Shown here in pieces: positions 10,336 to 19,579 of a stretch of 56,370 bases of DNA; the first letter of the stretch is position 1; each line of letters opens with the position of its first letter. The DNA lies in the IMG/VR virus record IMGVR_UViG_3300032247_001505, positions 1 to 56,370 of that record. One strand, 5' to 3'. The notes under the pieces are model-generated. The model searched no databases and was not told the origin of the DNA. It worked only from the letters and a program-made list of their open reading frames with translations. Origin of the DNA: a virus. Lineage: Duplodnaviria; Caudoviricetes. The translations under genes were made by a program, and so were the position numbers.

Positions 10336-10343
10336 GGATTAGT

Positions 10344-12305
10344 ATGGTAAGTACACGTGCACAAGTTATAACTAGAAGAACCTATAATCGTCCTACTAGT
10401 GATGATGGCAAACAGTTTGAAAGTTGGGAAGAAACAATTGCCAGAGTAATTGATCATCAAGCCTGGTTGTGGGAACGTGCTCTTGGTCGTGAACTAAATG
10501 ACGAAGAATATGCCGAGCTGTATGACCTAGAGCAGTTAATGCTAGATCGTAAAGTTTTAATGAGTGGTCGTACTCTTTGGCTTGGCGGCACAAAAGTAGC
10601 TAAAACTCGTGAAGCATCACAATTTAACTGTAGCTTTACTCATGTAGAAACTGTATATGATGTAGTAGATGTACTATGGTTGTTGCTACAAGGTTGTGGA
10701 GTAGGATTTAAACCTATTGTTGGTACTCTTAATGGATTCTCCAATCCAATTAAAAATATCAAGACTATTCGCAGTACTCGTACAGAAAAAGGCGGCTTAG
10801 AGTACAACACAGAAACTTGGGATCAAGAAACTAAAACTTGGACATTACAAATCGGTGACAGTGCAGAAGCATGGGCTAAGTCAATTGGCAAATTGCTGGC
10901 TGGCAAATACCCAGCAGATACACTAGTTTTAGATTTTTCACAATTACGTCCAGCAGGAGAGAGGTTAAAAGGTTATGGTTGGATTTCTTCAGGCGATACT
11001 GCAATTAGTACTGCATATATTGCTATTGCCAATATCCTTAATGGTCGTGCTGATAGTCTACTTACTAGGATGGATATTCTGGACATCATTAATCATTTGG
11101 GGACTATTCTTAGTAGTCGCAGAAGTGCTGAAATCGCTCTTTTTGACTATGGTCAGCCTGAGTGGGAAGAATTTGCAGTAGCTAAAAAAGACTGGTGGTT
11201 GCACAATAATGAACATCGTACACAAAGCAACAATAGTTTAGTGTTCAAGGAAAAACCACTACGCGAAGACTTAGAAAAGATTTTTCATCTTATGCAAGAG
11301 GCAGGCGGTAGCGAGCCAGGATTTATTAATGAAGTAGAAGCCCTACGTCGTGCACCTTGGTTTAAAGGCGCAAATCCTTGTGTAGAAATCCTCTTAGGCA
11401 ACAAGAGCTTTTGTAACTTAACAGAAACTGATATTGCTAAGTTTCGTGGAGACAATGCCGGCTTACACGCAGCTATTAGACTAGCAGCTCGTGCTAACTA
11501 TCGTCAAACTTGTGTTGACCTACAAGACGGAATTTTACAAGAAAGTTGGCATTTAAATAACTACTTTTTGCGTCTTTGCGGAGTAGGTTTAACTGGTATT
11601 GCAATGCGTCCAGATATGGGCAGCTATGATTATGAGTACTTAAAGCGTACTGCAACTAGTGCTGCTGTTGGCATGGCTCAAGAATTAGGATTGCCTATTC
11701 CTAAAAATGTAACTTGTATTAAGCCGTCAGGTACACTAAGCAAGATTATGGATACTACTGAAGGCGTGCACAAGCCACTAGGCAAGTACATTTTCAACAA
11801 TGTGCAGTTTTCAAAACACGATCCAGTAGTAGAAAAACTACGCGAAGCAAACTACACAGTAATTAACCATCCAGTTGATGATAGTGGCGTGTTGGTAACT
11901 TTTCCAGTATGTTGGGATGGCGTAATCTTTGATAAAGTTGATGGCAAAGAAGTCAACCTGGAAAGTGCTGTTACACAACTAGAACGATATAAGTTGCTAC
12001 AAACTAGCTGGAATCAACAAAATACATCGGTAACTATTAGCTATGATCCCTCAGAAATTTCAGCAATTATTAGCTGGTTACTAGATAACTGGGATTGCTA
12101 TGTAGGCGTAAGTTTTATTTACAGAACTGATCCTAGTAAAACTGCAAAAGACCTAGGCTATTTATATCTTCCGCAAGAAGTAGTAGATGAGCAAACTTAT
12201 AAAAATTATGTTCAAGTATTACGACCAATTGATTTAAACAGCTCTAACAGTTTTGATGAAATTGTTGGTGAAGATTGTTCAACAGGGGCTTGCCCAATTA
12301 AATAA
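10344..12305 (+). CDS. nrdJ: class II (adenosylcobalamin-dependent) ribonucleotide reductase
   Basis: RRTYNRP, FNCS, NPCVEI...FCNL, TCIKPSGT, C-terminal CSTGACP; no adjacent beta subunit. Confidence 0.9.
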   Translation: MVSTRAQVITRRTYNRPTSDDGKQFESWEETIARVIDHQAWLWERALGRELNDEEYAELYDLEQLMLDRKVLMSGRTLWLGGTKVAKTREASQFNCSFTHVETVYDVVDVLWLLLQGCGVGFKPIVGTLNGFSNPIKNIKTIRSTRTEKGGLEYNTETWDQETKTWTLQIGDSAEAWAKSIGKLLAGKYPADTLVLDFSQLRPAGERLKGYGWISSGDTAISTAYIAIANILNGRADSLLTRMDILDIINHLGTILSSRRSAEIALFDYGQPEWEEFAVAKKDWWLHNNEHRTQSNNSLVFKEKPLREDLEKIFHLMQEAGGSEPGFINEVEALRRAPWFKGANPCVEILLGNKSFCNLTETDIAKFRGDNAGLHAAIRLAARANYRQTCVDLQDGILQESWHLNNYFLRLCGVGLTGIAMRPDMGSYDYEYLKRTATSAAVGMAQELGLPIPKNVTCIKPSGTLSKIMDTTEGVHKPLGKYIFNNVQFSKHDPVVEKLREANYTVINHPVDDSGVLVTFPVCWDGVIFDKVDGKEVNLESAVTQLERYKLLQTSWNQQNTSVTISYDPSEISAIISWLLDNWDCYVGVSFIYRTDPSKTAKDLGYLYLPQEVVDEQTYKNYVQVLRPIDLNSSNSFDEIVGEDCSTGACPIK

Positions 12306-12306
12306 T

Positions 12307-12498
12307 ATGAAAACTTTTAAATTTGAACTTACAGAAGACGAAGCTAATATTATCTTAGCCGGACTACAAGAATTGCCAGCAAAAGTTTGCAATCCTATTA
12401 GTAAAAAATTACTAGAACAAGCTCAAACACAACTAGAACCTAATGTTATTAATCATACAATCACAGATGGTTTAGGCATTAAAGAGCAGTTAGCATAA
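12307..12498 (+). CDS. hypothetical protein
   Basis: Likely ATG at 12307 right after the nrdJ stop (MKTFKFELTEDEANIILAGLQELP). Confidence 0.65.
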   Translation: MKTFKFELTEDEANIILAGLQELPAKVCNPISKKLLEQAQTQLEPNVINHTITDGLGIKEQLA

Positions 12499-12499
12499 A

Positions 12500-12537
12500 A
12501 AAAAAGCCCCTAAGCAACAACGCTTAGGGGCTTTTTT
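12500..12537. terminator. bidirectional intrinsic terminator at the convergence of the two gene blocks
   Basis: A-run-GCCCCTAAGC-loop-GCTTAGGGGC-T-run. Confidence 0.92.
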
Positions 12538-12538
12538 A

Positions 12539-13231
12539 TTAGTCATTGTAGGCTAGGATAATTTGCTTACACATTTTGCTACGTACAATGTCTTCATCTA
12601 GGAATCTAACAATTTCTACACCAGGAATACCTTCAAGTCGTTTAACGCTATCCTCCAACCCACTATCTGGAATATCTACTTGCTTAGGATCACCACTCAA
12701 GATAATTTTACAGCCTTTGCCAATTCTGCTTAACAACATTTTTAGCTCAGTTTTAGTTAAATTTTGCGCTTCGTCTACTAATACAACGGCATACTCAAAG
12801 CTGCTACCGCGCATAAAGCCAATAGGTCTAGGATCAATGTCCTTATTTTTAACAGCGTACTCGTAGAATCCGCGGCCTAGTGTTTTTGTAAATACTGAGT
12901 CAAATGGCTGTAGGTAGGGCGCATATTTATCGTCAATTTTACCAGGTAAAAATCCCATGCCACGACCTGTTTCTACATTTGGTCGGGTAAGAATAATCTT
13001 TGAAATTTTACGGTGAAATAGTAATCCTGCTGCATAACTAGCGGCTACATAAGTTTTGCCAGTGCCAGCACTACCTATGCCAAAAATAATATCATTTTGT
13101 TTAATTGCCTCCAAGTAAATGCTTTGAATTTCATTTAGTGGCTTAATTTCCTTAAAGCCGTTTTCAATTGGATTTTTATTTTCAAGAAGTATAGCTTTAC
13201 GAACTTGTTTTCCAGATGGTTGATTACCCAT
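12539..13231 (-). CDS. phoH: PhoH family ATPase
   Basis: GSAGTGKT, ILTRP, GFLPG, FMRG, VDEAQN, GDPKQVD, DIVRS. Confidence 0.95.
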   Translation of the reverse strand: MGNQPSGKQVRKAILLENKNPIENGFKEIKPLNEIQSIYLEAIKQNDIIFGIGSAGTGKTYVAASYAAGLLFHRKISKIILTRPNVETGRGMGFLPGKIDDKYAPYLQPFDSVFTKTLGRGFYEYAVKNKDIDPRPIGFMRGSSFEYAVVLVDEAQNLTKTELKMLLSRIGKGCKIILSGDPKQVDIPDSGLEDSVKRLEGIPGVEIVRFLDEDIVRSKMCKQIILAYND

Positions 13232-13248
13232 ACAAACTCTTTAATAGG

Positions 13249-13809
13249 TTAATGAAGAAACTTTGTATACTTATTGCTACGTGTGTTAATTACATCCTCT
13301 ACATGATGACGGTTAATATCACAAGCACTACGATTGCCGTAAAGTGCCACTTTAGACTTTAAACAAAGTTTTTCTACATTATCAAACCACTTGTCGGGAT
13401 CACACCAACTAGCTAGCTTACATGCTCTACGCTCGTGATCAACTCCACCAGCACCGCCGTTATAGGCAGCATCAGCAAAAGCATATGCTTGATAAGGATC
13501 TTTTACGTGCTTATTAAAATACTGATAATTATCACGCATCATTAGTGCTAGTGCACGAATTTGTAGATCAGGCCTGTCATAGACTACTTGCCACGACAAC
13601 TCACTTAACTCTTTGGGATACTTATATTTTAGATCTGATAGAGCATCAAATCTAATAGTGCCATCTGGTTTAAAAGCCCTGGTAATCTGACCAAGCCCTG
13701 CACCTTCTTCTCTAGCACTTTTAAGTCTGGATTTACTATTCCAACATTTGCTATGAGTTAAACTTATGCAAGACTCGTGCTCTATTAGACTAGCAAGGTA
13801 TGCAGCTTT
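13249..13809 (-). CDS. lytic transglycosylase (SLT-type endolysin) catalytic domain; reachable only via a -1 shift from the upstream ORF
   Basis: The frame of the 116-aa ORF stays open upstream as KAAYLASLIEHESCISL...EGAGLGQIT...; SLT motifs ES, GLGQ and AAYNGG; no ATG/GTG/TTG start before the catalytic Glu. Confidence 0.8.
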   Translation of the reverse strand, partial: KAAYLASLIEHESCISLTHSKCWNSKSRLKSAREEGAGLGQITRAFKPDGTIRFDALSDLKYKYPKELSELSWQVVYDRPDLQIRALALMMRDNYQYFNKHVKDPYQAYAFADAAYNGGAGGVDHERRACKLASWCDPDKWFDNVEKLCLKSKVALYGNRSACDINRHHVEDVINTRSNKYTKFLH

Positions 13810-14204
13810 GGGTGCGTGTTCCAGACTTTATTTTTTTCTTGTTGAACTGTAGCTAAGTGCTCTTGCGCTTGCTTAGGAATATAAGTTTCTGGTGACTGTG
13901 CATAAACTTGCGAGCCAAATAGTCCAAGCAAGCCGTAGATAATAATGCAAAGTCCAACAAAAGCTAGGCCTGCGCCAGTGGCTGTTTCGCGTGCTTTTTT
14001 CAGCAGTGATTCCATGTCTGCGTAATCAAATAAGGCACGACGTGCAAGGTGCGCAAACCACACAGCTACAATGGGTGTGGCTAGCTTGCCTAAAAATGGC
14101 AAGGTCATATTGCCGCCATTGGGATCACTGATAAATAGGTACAACATTACAATTAGTGTACCACCAATCATAAAAATGTTACGAAAACGAAGGTGTTGGT
14201 TCAT
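13785..14204 (-). CDS. membrane protein with three hydrophobic segments (holin-like / N-terminal part of endolysin)
   Basis: Three TM-like stretches, the last ending in a signal-peptidase-like VYA|Q; lies between spanins and the SLT domain. Confidence 0.7.
   Translation of the reverse strand: MNQHLRFRNIFMIGGTLIVMLYLFISDPNGGNMTLPFLGKLATPIVAVWFAHLARRALFDYADMESLLKKARETATGAGLAFVGLCIIIYGLLGLFGSQVYAQSPETYIPKQAQEHLATVQQEKNKVWNTHPKLHTLLV
13806..13812 (-). other. candidate -1 ribosomal frameshift site C CCA AAG
   Basis: X XXY YYZ heptamer in the 0 frame, located where the two ORFs must join. Confidence 0.5.
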
Positions 14205-14500
14205 GGGTTGTCCAAATTGGAAAGTTTACGAATAAGTTCTACCGCAGAGCTTTGCTTGATTACGCACTCACCATATAATCCAATTGTGGTAATGTAGTGT
14301 TCAGCAACAGTTTCATAAGTAGCTGGAGTTTGTAGTTGCGGCAGGGGCTTGCACAGTTCTAGTGATTTAGGGTCTACTACAACGCGTTGTGGGGTTGCAG
14401 CAGGCACAGGCGGTGCAATTATTTGAGATTTTTTTGAAAAAATTCCACAACCGCTAATCGTTGAAAAAAGAAAAAATGCAATTAAAATATGTTTTTTCAT
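14201..14500 (-). CDS. outer-membrane lipoprotein, o-spanin
   Basis: Signal peptide with lipobox-like ISG-C, Pro-rich linker, periplasmic Cys residues; overlaps the i-spanin stop. Confidence 0.75.
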   Translation of the reverse strand: MKKHILIAFFLFSTISGCGIFSKKSQIIAPPVPAATPQRVVVDPKSLELCKPLPQLQTPATYETVAEHYITTIGLYGECVIKQSSAVELIRKLSNLDNP

Positions 14501-14859
14501 TTTTCATTGGCTCGCAAAATTGCTTGATTGATACTATCAATAAAAACTTCTGATGGTAAGCACTTGCCATTTTCTACAATAGTTATCGGCTGATTTTTTA
14601 GCTGTTTAGTAATATTGCTAATATCCTTGCCTAGTTTGTTTTGCCGCTCGTTTGCTTTAGCCTGCGTTTGTGATAAACTTTGTTCTAGGCTAGTAATTTT
14701 TTCTTGCAACTGCTCCTGCAATTGTTGCTTAGCTTCTACACACTCTACTTGTGCCTGCTGATAGCCAATGCTATAGGCTTTTTTATAGGTATGATAAAAA
14801 CCAGTACCTAAAATTACTGCAGTAATTAGCAGAATAATAGTTTTTACGTCATTAATCAT
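14497..14859 (-). CDS. inner-membrane i-spanin
   Basis: N-terminal TM helix, long coiled coil, C-terminal Cys; lysis cassette context. Confidence 0.75.
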   Translation of the reverse strand: MINDVKTIILLITAVILGTGFYHTYKKAYSIGYQQAQVECVEAKQQLQEQLQEKITSLEQSLSQTQAKANERQNKLGKDISNITKQLKNQPITIVENGKCLPSEVFIDSINQAILRANEK

Positions 14860-14927
14860 TTTTGTGTCTTTAATAGTATGGTGTATAAAAGCTACTGTAC
14901 TTAGATAAGTTTTCTAAAACTTCTAGG

Positions 14928-15614
14928 CTATATTTCTGGAAATAATTCTTTAGTAATAAAATCATAAACCATTTCCTCAGTAAAACCTAAGCTTTTTAAT
15001 ACCCTAGGTGTATGTGGGTTGCACTTTTGTTGCTGACAATAGTAATTTTGTTGTTCAGTAAAATCATATAGTTTTACTAAATCATCATAAACTAGGTTAG
15101 GTCTATGTGTTTTAATATTGTCTAAGTAGTGTACAAGTGACTTTTTACTTAACTGCAACATAACGTCCAGCTCAAACTCTGAATTAATATTTCCAGCCGC
15201 TACCATATTCTTACTAAATATATTACGTGCCCACTCAGGTAGTTCTCTAGGCTTAGACCAAGAACTAGGTTCTACTAGTTCTTGAAACCAGTTACACAGT
15301 GGGTGTGCTTGGTCACCAATAGGCGAAAAATCTAAAAATGCGCCAGTTACTTTATTTGTGCCTGCAATAATATCAAAACCATAAATAGGCGCACTGTCAT
15401 AAACGTGTGGAAATACACACAAGTGCATCATGTATAGTTTTTTCGTTTCTGAGGCGTCAATTACGTCTAGGTGTGCACGACGAGTCCAAGCACTTTTATA
15501 AATTAGGTTAGTCCAATCATAGGTGTTTTCGCTATTCGATAAAAAAGCACGCGTACTGATAATGTTTGTCATTTCTGTAGCGTGCTGTTTTAATTTATTA
15601 AAGATTGTGCTCAC
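14928..15614 (-). CDS. pcyX: ferredoxin-dependent bilin reductase, PcyX/PcyA-like
   Basis: RRAHLDVID, MMHLCVFP, PIYGFDIIAG, AFLDFSP, RELPEWARNIFS, QNYYC...NPHT; GTG start at 15614 with AGGA RBS, overlapping the heme oxygenase stop. Confidence 0.85.
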   Translation of the reverse strand: MSTIFNKLKQHATEMTNIISTRAFLSNSENTYDWTNLIYKSAWTRRAHLDVIDASETKKLYMMHLCVFPHVYDSAPIYGFDIIAGTNKVTGAFLDFSPIGDQAHPLCNWFQELVEPSSWSKPRELPEWARNIFSKNMVAAGNINSEFELDVMLQLSKKSLVHYLDNIKTHRPNLVYDDLVKLYDFTEQQNYYCQQQKCNPHTPRVLKSLGFTEEMVYDFITKELFPEI

Positions 15615-16119
15615 TAGCAATCCTGTTAAATAGTTCAATGGCTGATTCAAAACAACGGTTAGCTTCATCAGCCATTGAAATGTCTAGTTTACTGCGTAGT
15701 TTGTCAATTAGCAACTTTCTGTTATCAAATGTATACCATAAACCACTGCCGGGCACTTTAGTTTTAATTAACTGACCGCCGTATAGGTCGCCCATGTGTT
15801 TAACATAAATGTGTGCCCATAGCTGATGATCAGTTAAGCCTTTAACATACTTACAATACTCAGCTGTACTATTAAAAAATATTACTGATTCTTGCAACTC
15901 TGTCCAGTCTTGCAGGATTAGCTCACTACGAGCTAATCCTGGAATTTCTGCTAATAGGTGTTTGGCTGAGTTTTCTAGTGCTTGATACTGTACAAATTGA
16001 TTAGCTAAAAAAGTAGCATAAATCTTTTTAGACATAGTACCACTTAGCAGCAATTTAGTAAATTTGTGGTTTTCGGCTTTTACATGATTATTATGCGTTA
16101 AATCTTTTAATGATAACAT
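15598..16119 (-). CDS. hemO: heme oxygenase
   Basis: LKDLTHNNHVKAE (proximal His), AHIYVKHMGDLYGGQ distal helix, EANRCF. Confidence 0.9.
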   Translation of the reverse strand: MLSLKDLTHNNHVKAENHKFTKLLLSGTMSKKIYATFLANQFVQYQALENSAKHLLAEIPGLARSELILQDWTELQESVIFFNSTAEYCKYVKGLTDHQLWAHIYVKHMGDLYGGQLIKTKVPGSGLWYTFDNRKLLIDKLRSKLDISMADEANRCFESAIELFNRIASEHNL

Positions 16120-16122
16120 ATA

Positions 16123-17094
16123 CTATTTACAACAAGGATTTTGTTGCTGCTGCTGTACTGGAGTAAATTTTTTACTAGGTCCAGCACCTTTTACAACTGA
16201 TTTAATAATACTGTTAATAGTATCTTCACTAAGCAGCATTAATGCTTCATTAGCTCTGTCAGTAAATATTTCCTGAGTAATTCTAATAGGAGAATATTCA
16301 CGTTGATTTAAACCGTTGTCAATAATATTAAAATTAGGATTATTAGGATAGCTAATATTTTCAGGAAAAGTAGCTCCAATTACTACAGTAGCTTTTTTTC
16401 CTAAAGCATTAGCATAATGTTGTCCCATACTATCACAACCTAAAAAGTAATCAGCTGCATCAACAATTCCTGCCCACTGAAGTATATTAACACCTTCTGG
16501 TTGTGCAACTTTAGTGCTAAACTCATAAGGAATTTTAAAACTACTCATTACTATAACTGCATAGTTTTTACTTAACTCTTCAATGATTTTAATGGTGTCC
16601 TTTAGTTCAAAACTACGACCACTTTCATCAAGTACAATACCGCCTTCTAGTTTAGCTGTAGATCCAAAAGGTTGAAATACTACTGCTTTTTCTTTACCTA
16701 ATTGACTTCTGATTTGATTAACTAAATTATATCCAACAATTTCATCAGATTTACCTAAAAATATACTAATAGGTTTAGTCTCTGGTACATCAGTTAAATC
16801 ATTAATTAGCATATCAAAAGCTTGTATTAAATTAGCTTTTTGATTAAAATAAGCATTTAGTCTATAAGGCTCAGGACTAACTAACTCTTTGTCTAGTAGT
16901 TTATCTTTAAATAAACCTTTGTGATTTACTGGATAAACATTGTCTTTTAGTGTGGGGCTAAGCAAAAACAATTCAAGCCAGCCTTCTGCAACAATTACCG
17001 CATTAGGGTCGGTATTTTTAACATAATACTCTAAACCAGGTATAGCGCATAAAACTCTGCCAATGCCACCATTTATAAAAAATGCTTTTTTCAT
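16123..17094 (-). CDS. GT-B glycosyltransferase-like protein (GT9/heptosyltransferase-like)
   Basis: GGIGRVLCAIP, FQPFGS, ADYFLGCDSMGQHYANALGKKATVVIGAT resembles the GT9 DS(G)xxHxAxA motif. Confidence 0.65.
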   Translation of the reverse strand: MKKAFFINGGIGRVLCAIPGLEYYVKNTDPNAVIVAEGWLELFLLSPTLKDNVYPVNHKGLFKDKLLDKELVSPEPYRLNAYFNQKANLIQAFDMLINDLTDVPETKPISIFLGKSDEIVGYNLVNQIRSQLGKEKAVVFQPFGSTAKLEGGIVLDESGRSFELKDTIKIIEELSKNYAVIVMSSFKIPYEFSTKVAQPEGVNILQWAGIVDAADYFLGCDSMGQHYANALGKKATVVIGATFPENISYPNNPNFNIIDNGLNQREYSPIRITQEIFTDRANEALMLLSEDTINSIIKSVVKGAGPSKKFTPVQQQQQNPCCK

Positions 17095-17819
17095 TATTTA
17101 CCGTTAATTCCTAACATTGTTTTTGGATCATCAAATAATTTGTGTGGCCGCCAAGGATTGCTTAGTGCAGATTCTTCAGTTACAATATCTATTGCAATAG
17201 AAATTCTAAGAGTTTCATCTTTGCACTCATCACTCCAGTGTGGCAGCCAGCTTGGAAATAGTATTAACTTGCCACGTTCTGTAGGTATACTAAACAAACC
17301 ATTAGCATTAGTAATATTTTCAAAATATAGTTTTGTGTTATTAGTAGTTAAATAATAAGTTGCAGCTAAATAAGAATTTTCATTATTTATGTGCGCATGC
17401 TTACTAATCCATTCGCCTTTACGTAGTACATTTGCCCAGCCATGTACATAAACTTTTTGACGAGGATATCCTAGTTCTAGTAAATGTGTTAGGTAATGTA
17501 CTCTTGTTAACTCTAATAGCTCATCAGTGGCTGGGTTATGCGGAAATCTTGTTAAATGCTCTCCGCCTAATCCTGCAATATCTTCAAATAAGTTATGTTG
17601 CTTCCACTGCTGAGTATGCTGATAAGGATCTTTAATATCCTTTGGTACAGGACTTACTAACTCTTCCTTGCTGATTATATTTTTTTCTAGCTCTAAGATA
17701 TATTTAGTAAGTCTAGTAATTAAGTCTGCATTAGGTTCACTGGCTATGTATATTGGGCATTTAAAACTAATTGCAAATTTAGTTTTAGCATCAGGTCCTT
17801 TAAGCCAACTAGTAGTCAT
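17094..17819 (-). CDS. 2OG-Fe(II) oxygenase (TIGR02466-like)
   Basis: WANV...HAH...YLAATYYL...GKLILFPSWLPH...RISIA. Confidence 0.8.
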   Translation of the reverse strand: MTTSWLKGPDAKTKFAISFKCPIYIASEPNADLITRLTKYILELEKNIISKEELVSPVPKDIKDPYQHTQQWKQHNLFEDIAGLGGEHLTRFPHNPATDELLELTRVHYLTHLLELGYPRQKVYVHGWANVLRKGEWISKHAHINNENSYLAATYYLTTNNTKLYFENITNANGLFSIPTERGKLILFPSWLPHWSDECKDETLRISIAIDIVTEESALSNPWRPHKLFDDPKTMLGINGK

Positions 17820-19579
17820 TATTCCTCTTCTTTTATAAAGTTATGAGGAATATGAATTAGTTTATTAATTTCTGGAAGATATAAATATTCTAGTTTACTA
17901 TTACGAAGTGTTGTTAGTGCATCTTCAATAGTTTCTACTAGCGGATCTCCGCCTAAATTAAAACTTGTGTTAAATAAAATTGGAACACCAGTTTTATCAT
18001 AGAAATTTTTAATTAATTCATAGTAGTGTTTGTTTTGTTGTTTAGTTACAGTTTGAATTCTACAAGTGCCGTCTACATGAATAATACTTGGAATTTTATC
18101 TGCAACTCCGGGCAGGCAGTCTACTGCATACATCATTACAGGACTATCTGGCATACCGCGTAAATCAAACCACTCGTGTACATGTTCAGCAAGAATACTT
18201 CCTGCAAAAGGTCTAAACCATTCCCGATGTTTTACGCTATTAACAATATCTTTACCATTCTCAACCCTAGGGTCAAACAATATACTGCGATTACCTAGTG
18301 CTCGCGGACCTGCTTCGCTGCCACCTTGGTACAAACAAACAATTTTTTCTTGTAAAATTAAATCAATAATTTCATCTTTTGTTATGTCTACAATTGTTTC
18401 GCCGTCTACTAAATTAATATTGTATCCACCATTATTAGCACAATAATTAGGACCATAATATATTGTAGTTTGTTTACGAATAGTAGTATCGTTAGTTAGC
18501 TGATGATAAACAAGTTTAGCAGCACCTATACAAGTTCCGCCATCATGTGCAATAGGTTCGCAATAAAGATTAACGCCTTCTGGTAAATGCTTTAAGTATT
18601 CGTAATTTGCTACACAATTTAATCCATAGCCACCAGCAATACAAATATTTGTTTCACCTGTACGTTCTAATGCGTCTAAAATTAATTTAACCATTTGCGC
18701 TTGTGTAGCTTCTTGCACAGCAAAAGCCAAATCTTTTTTCATCTCTAGACTATCAGTGTTTAGTGCTGTATTAGCTACTTTATCAATATATGCTCCATTT
18801 GGATAGTTAGGAACAAATAGATTTCTATTACTTAAGTTGCGTTGTTCTGGCCCTAAAAATATATTTGGTATTTTTGCATTTGGTTTGCCATAAGGTGCTA
18901 AACCCATTGCTTTACCAGCTTCAATAAAACTAAAGCCGCAATAGTCTGTCATAGCTTCATAGCATTTAGTAATACCAGGATGATCTGTAAATATTACATC
19001 ATGCAATTCTTCGTGCCCACGATTGGCGTGTGGCACTTGAATTTTTTCATAACTGGTTTGGGGACCTCGCACACCTATGTGTTTATACTTAGTAGTAAAT
19101 TTAGCAGGATAATTAGCACTAAAAATAGTTTCTAGTTCCCAGCCAATTGTATCGCCTAATGGTATAAATGTTCCGGCACCATCAACTACTAAAACTGCTG
19201 CTGATTCAAAACCACTGTTATAAAATGTACAAGCTGCATGAATTTCATGATGAATCATTCCCAAGTCAACTACTTGTGGATGTTCGCGCAAATTACATCT
19301 TTGATCAATCAAACCAAGTTTTCTGGCCCAACCTGTAAACATATCGTCGCCAGTAAAATCAATTTTTCCTGCGTGTTCTAAGCCTTGAGTATGTGCAACT
19401 ACTAAATAGTCAATTTTATCTGTGTAGTCTTTTATTTTTAACATTCCAGCTAAGGGACCACCATCGTACTTTTTACGACTTAACCTTTCTTCTTCTACAT
19501 AGAATACTAATTCGCCATCTTTTAGTAAACAAGTAGCCCCATTATGACCTCTAGTAATGCCAGCAATCCATTGTGTCAT
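17819..19579 (-). CDS. carbamoyltransferase (NodU/CmcH/TobZ family)
   Basis: GHNG, EEERLSRKK, HHEIHA, VVDGAG, AGKAMGLAPYG, GGYGLNCVAN, EAGPRALGNRS, REWFRPFA, HVDGTCRIQTV, NTSFN. Confidence 0.95.
   Translation of the reverse strand: MTQWIAGITRGHNGATCLLKDGELVFYVEEERLSRKKYDGGPLAGMLKIKDYTDKIDYLVVAHTQGLEHAGKIDFTGDDMFTGWARKLGLIDQRCNLREHPQVVDLGMIHHEIHAACTFYNSGFESAAVLVVDGAGTFIPLGDTIGWELETIFSANYPAKFTTKYKHIGVRGPQTSYEKIQVPHANRGHEELHDVIFTDHPGITKCYEAMTDYCGFSFIEAGKAMGLAPYGKPNAKIPNIFLGPEQRNLSNRNLFVPNYPNGAYIDKVANTALNTDSLEMKKDLAFAVQEATQAQMVKLILDALERTGETNICIAGGYGLNCVANYEYLKHLPEGVNLYCEPIAHDGGTCIGAAKLVYHQLTNDTTIRKQTTIYYGPNYCANNGGYNINLVDGETIVDITKDEIIDLILQEKIVCLYQGGSEAGPRALGNRSILFDPRVENGKDIVNSVKHREWFRPFAGSILAEHVHEWFDLRGMPDSPVMMYAVDCLPGVADKIPSIIHVDGTCRIQTVTKQQNKHYYELIKNFYDKTGVPILFNTSFNLGGDPLVETIEDALTTLRNSKLEYLYLPEINKLIHIPHNFIKEEE

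Noticed and set aside
1012-11181. Short alternative-frame or antisense ORFs inside polA, the membrane gene and nrdJ
   Set aside because: Fully nested in conserved genes with no recognisable motifs
505-12305. Introns or inteins in polymerase, helicase or RNR
   Set aside because: ORFs are continuous and of normal length, with no splice-junction or homing-nuclease motifs seen
13249-13599. 116-aa ORF as a complete endolysin starting at TTG 13599
   Set aside because: It would lack the catalytic ES and GLGQ motifs, which lie upstream in the same frame
13830-13838. A AAA AAT run as the lysis-gene frameshift site
   Set aside because: A -1 shift there runs straight into TAA, so it cannot produce the endolysin fusion
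15615-15668. N-terminal 18 codons of the 246-aa pcyX ORF
   Set aside because: Deep overlap with heme oxygenase; GTG at 15614 has a proper AGGA RBS
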